Both the position numbers and the translations under genes were made by a program. From the NCBI GenBank assembly GCA_004022145.1, contig RCNU01000004.1: DNA of 23,763 nucleotides; one strand, 5' to 3'. The DNA is from Paecilomyces variotii. Taxonomy: Eukaryota. Under the pieces are notes generated by a model. That model saw only the letters and a program-made list of their open reading frames with translations, ran no database searches and was not told the DNA's origin. Of the stretch, positions 21,851 to 23,763 are shown piece after piece (position 1 is the first letter of the stretch; the number at the start of each line of letters is the position of its first letter).

Positions 21851-23049
21851 TCTTTTATAGTAGTAAAATAGCTAAGATAATATTAGCAGATTAATATTAC
21901 TATTAGTATTATTATTATAATAATTAATATTAAATCTATTAATAAGTACTATCTTACGATTAATATTATAGGAATTATTAACTTTAAGATATAAGTTATT
22001 ATTATTTAAATATAAACCCCTAATAAATAAAATAGAAGTACTTAGGTCTTAATATATAATAGAGGTATTTAATAGTAATAATACTATAAATACTATAATA
22101 AATAATATAATAATAAATCTAACTTATTATTTTTTAAACTTTAACTTAATAATAATATAAATAATAAAAGAAATAATAAAATAAAATAAGGTATCTATAG
22201 AATAAAACTACTAACTTATAAGCTACCTTTTAAATTAAAATAATTAGATCTAGAGTAAAGGTAGAAGCTAAGACTAATACTAAGAAATACTTAAGAATAA
22301 TATATCTTTAAGAGATAGTATGCGGGGCGATTAGAGGCAAAATAACCTTAAATATTTCTTTCTTAATTTAAAGGATAATAATTATATTAAAAATAGCCCT
22401 ATTATAATATTAGGTAATTATATATATTATAGAAATATCCTAATATTTATTAATTAAATTAAGGATATAGTAATAGATAAGGGTAAGCTTATAATTAAGA
22501 TATATATATATATATTATTAAGAGGAGCTGCATTATAATAATTTATAGCTAAACTAACTTAATTTAAAAAAGATCTATTTAAGTAGCTATTTATAGAATA
22601 AGGCTAAATATTATTATTATTAAAATAATTTAAGAAAAATACTACTATAATAATATAGAAGCTTAATTAGCTATTTTATAATATACTTAATATCTAAGAG
22701 GGTAAGACCTTATAGAGGTTTATCTAATTAATTATATACTTAATATAAGTATTTAGCACTAGTTTAATATATAGCTAGATTTTTCTAATATAAAATAAAC
22801 TAGATCTTAACCTTAAATAAAATATATAAATCTTAACTAAAAATATATTCTTAGGAGATTTTATATTAAAACTAAAAGGAGTATATATAATTTAGCAGGA
22901 ATAAGCTATAAGTAGTAGTAAATAGCTAAGAGTTAATAATAATAATAAGTAAGCTTTAGTAATTATATATTTAGTAATTAATAATAGTTTCTTTCTAACT
23001 TTAAAATAAAATACTCTATAGACTTAAGATAGTAAGCTAATAATAATAT

Positions 23050-23720
23050 ATAAAAAAGTATAAATAAATATAAATATTAGCAGTAGTAATAAATACTATA
23101 AATATAAAATTATTAATATTAGTAAAGACTATAAATATTGTAGATATAGAGCTATTAATACTAATAAAGGTAATAAATATTATAATAAATACTATAGGCG
23201 CTATAAGTATAGCTTTAATAGATATTCCTATAGTAATTATATATTAACTTAAATTATTAGTAAGAATATTAATAATAAAAGTCTTACCTAGAAGATAATA
23301 TTTATATAGAAATATTTATATAATATTTTATAACTAGTAAGAGTATATTATAAGTATTATTATAATATAGGTAATATAAACTATAATAATAATTTAGCAT
23401 ATAGATAATATAAAGATAGCAATAACTTTTAGAAAGGCTTTTATTAAAGTATATATTATATTAATTAGAATAATAACAGTAAGAATTATTAAGCTTATAA
23501 AGACTTTCTTAACTAAGAAAAGCAGGATTTTTAAAACTAAGGTTTTAATAAAGCTATAAACCTTAAGTATGCTAAAGATAGCTTTAAATATTAGTCTATT
23601 AATATAAATTATATTAATTCTAATATTTTTATATAATATAAATATAGGCTTTACTATAATTTTTTTATCTCTAGTAATTATCTATATAATTATTTATATA
23701 AGGTTAATTTCTATAGAGTA
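23050..23720 (-). pseudogene. RIP-degraded coding relic with a Ser/Thr-rich low-complexity segment
   Basis: A long codon-periodic frame whose stops are all TAA/TAG. The de-RIPed reading near 23220-23070 is S/T-rich. No TE motif recognised. Confidence 0.25.
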
Positions 23721-23763
23721 ACTAAATAAATATAATCTTAACCTATATTTAATATAGCTATAG

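Larger units (their letters stand above)
10260..23763. other. RIP-mutated AT-rich block (likely constitutive heterochromatin), extends past the window end
   Basis: Extreme AT content, TpA excess and strong loss of CpA/TpG/CpG. TAA/TAG occur at Gln/Trp positions of recognisable TE motifs. Confidence 0.93.

Noticed and set aside
10260-23763. Mitochondrial insertion, AT-rich contaminant or alternative genetic code
   Set aside because: The TpA bias and transition-type decay of recognisable TE motifs are explained by RIP. No mitochondrial genes were seen.

Overview
Filamentous ascomycete DNA, probably Eurotiales-like (inferred from short GT-AG introns and RIP signatures), spanning a gene-rich to RIP-heterochromatin boundary. 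The left part (1-7.6 kb) holds the 3' part of a UbiD/Fdc1-family prFMN decarboxylase with an apparently remodelled substrate pocket, a convergent 2-exon hypothetical gene, a 4-exon DHA1 MFS transporter, a 5'-truncated spliced gene fragment that the ORF track does not assemble, and an intact 4-exon PD-(D/E)XK-like nuclease gene with RIP-like introns. At 7684-9039 is a TA-flanked foldback element with ~450-bp arms, followed by a second gene fragment. From ~10.1 kb the sequence is extremely AT/TpA-rich. Reverting C>T/G>A changes by eye ('de-RIPing') reveals a truncated Ty3/Gypsy element (LTR, gag with CCHC knuckle, -1 frameshift site, protease, RT, RNase H). It also reveals a nested 6.4-kb DNA transposon (14891-21281) with ~60-bp TIRs, a 10-bp TSD, an intron-containing Mutator-like DDE transposase and a second unidentified relic ORF. 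All de-RIPed protein readings are manual reconstructions, not database results.
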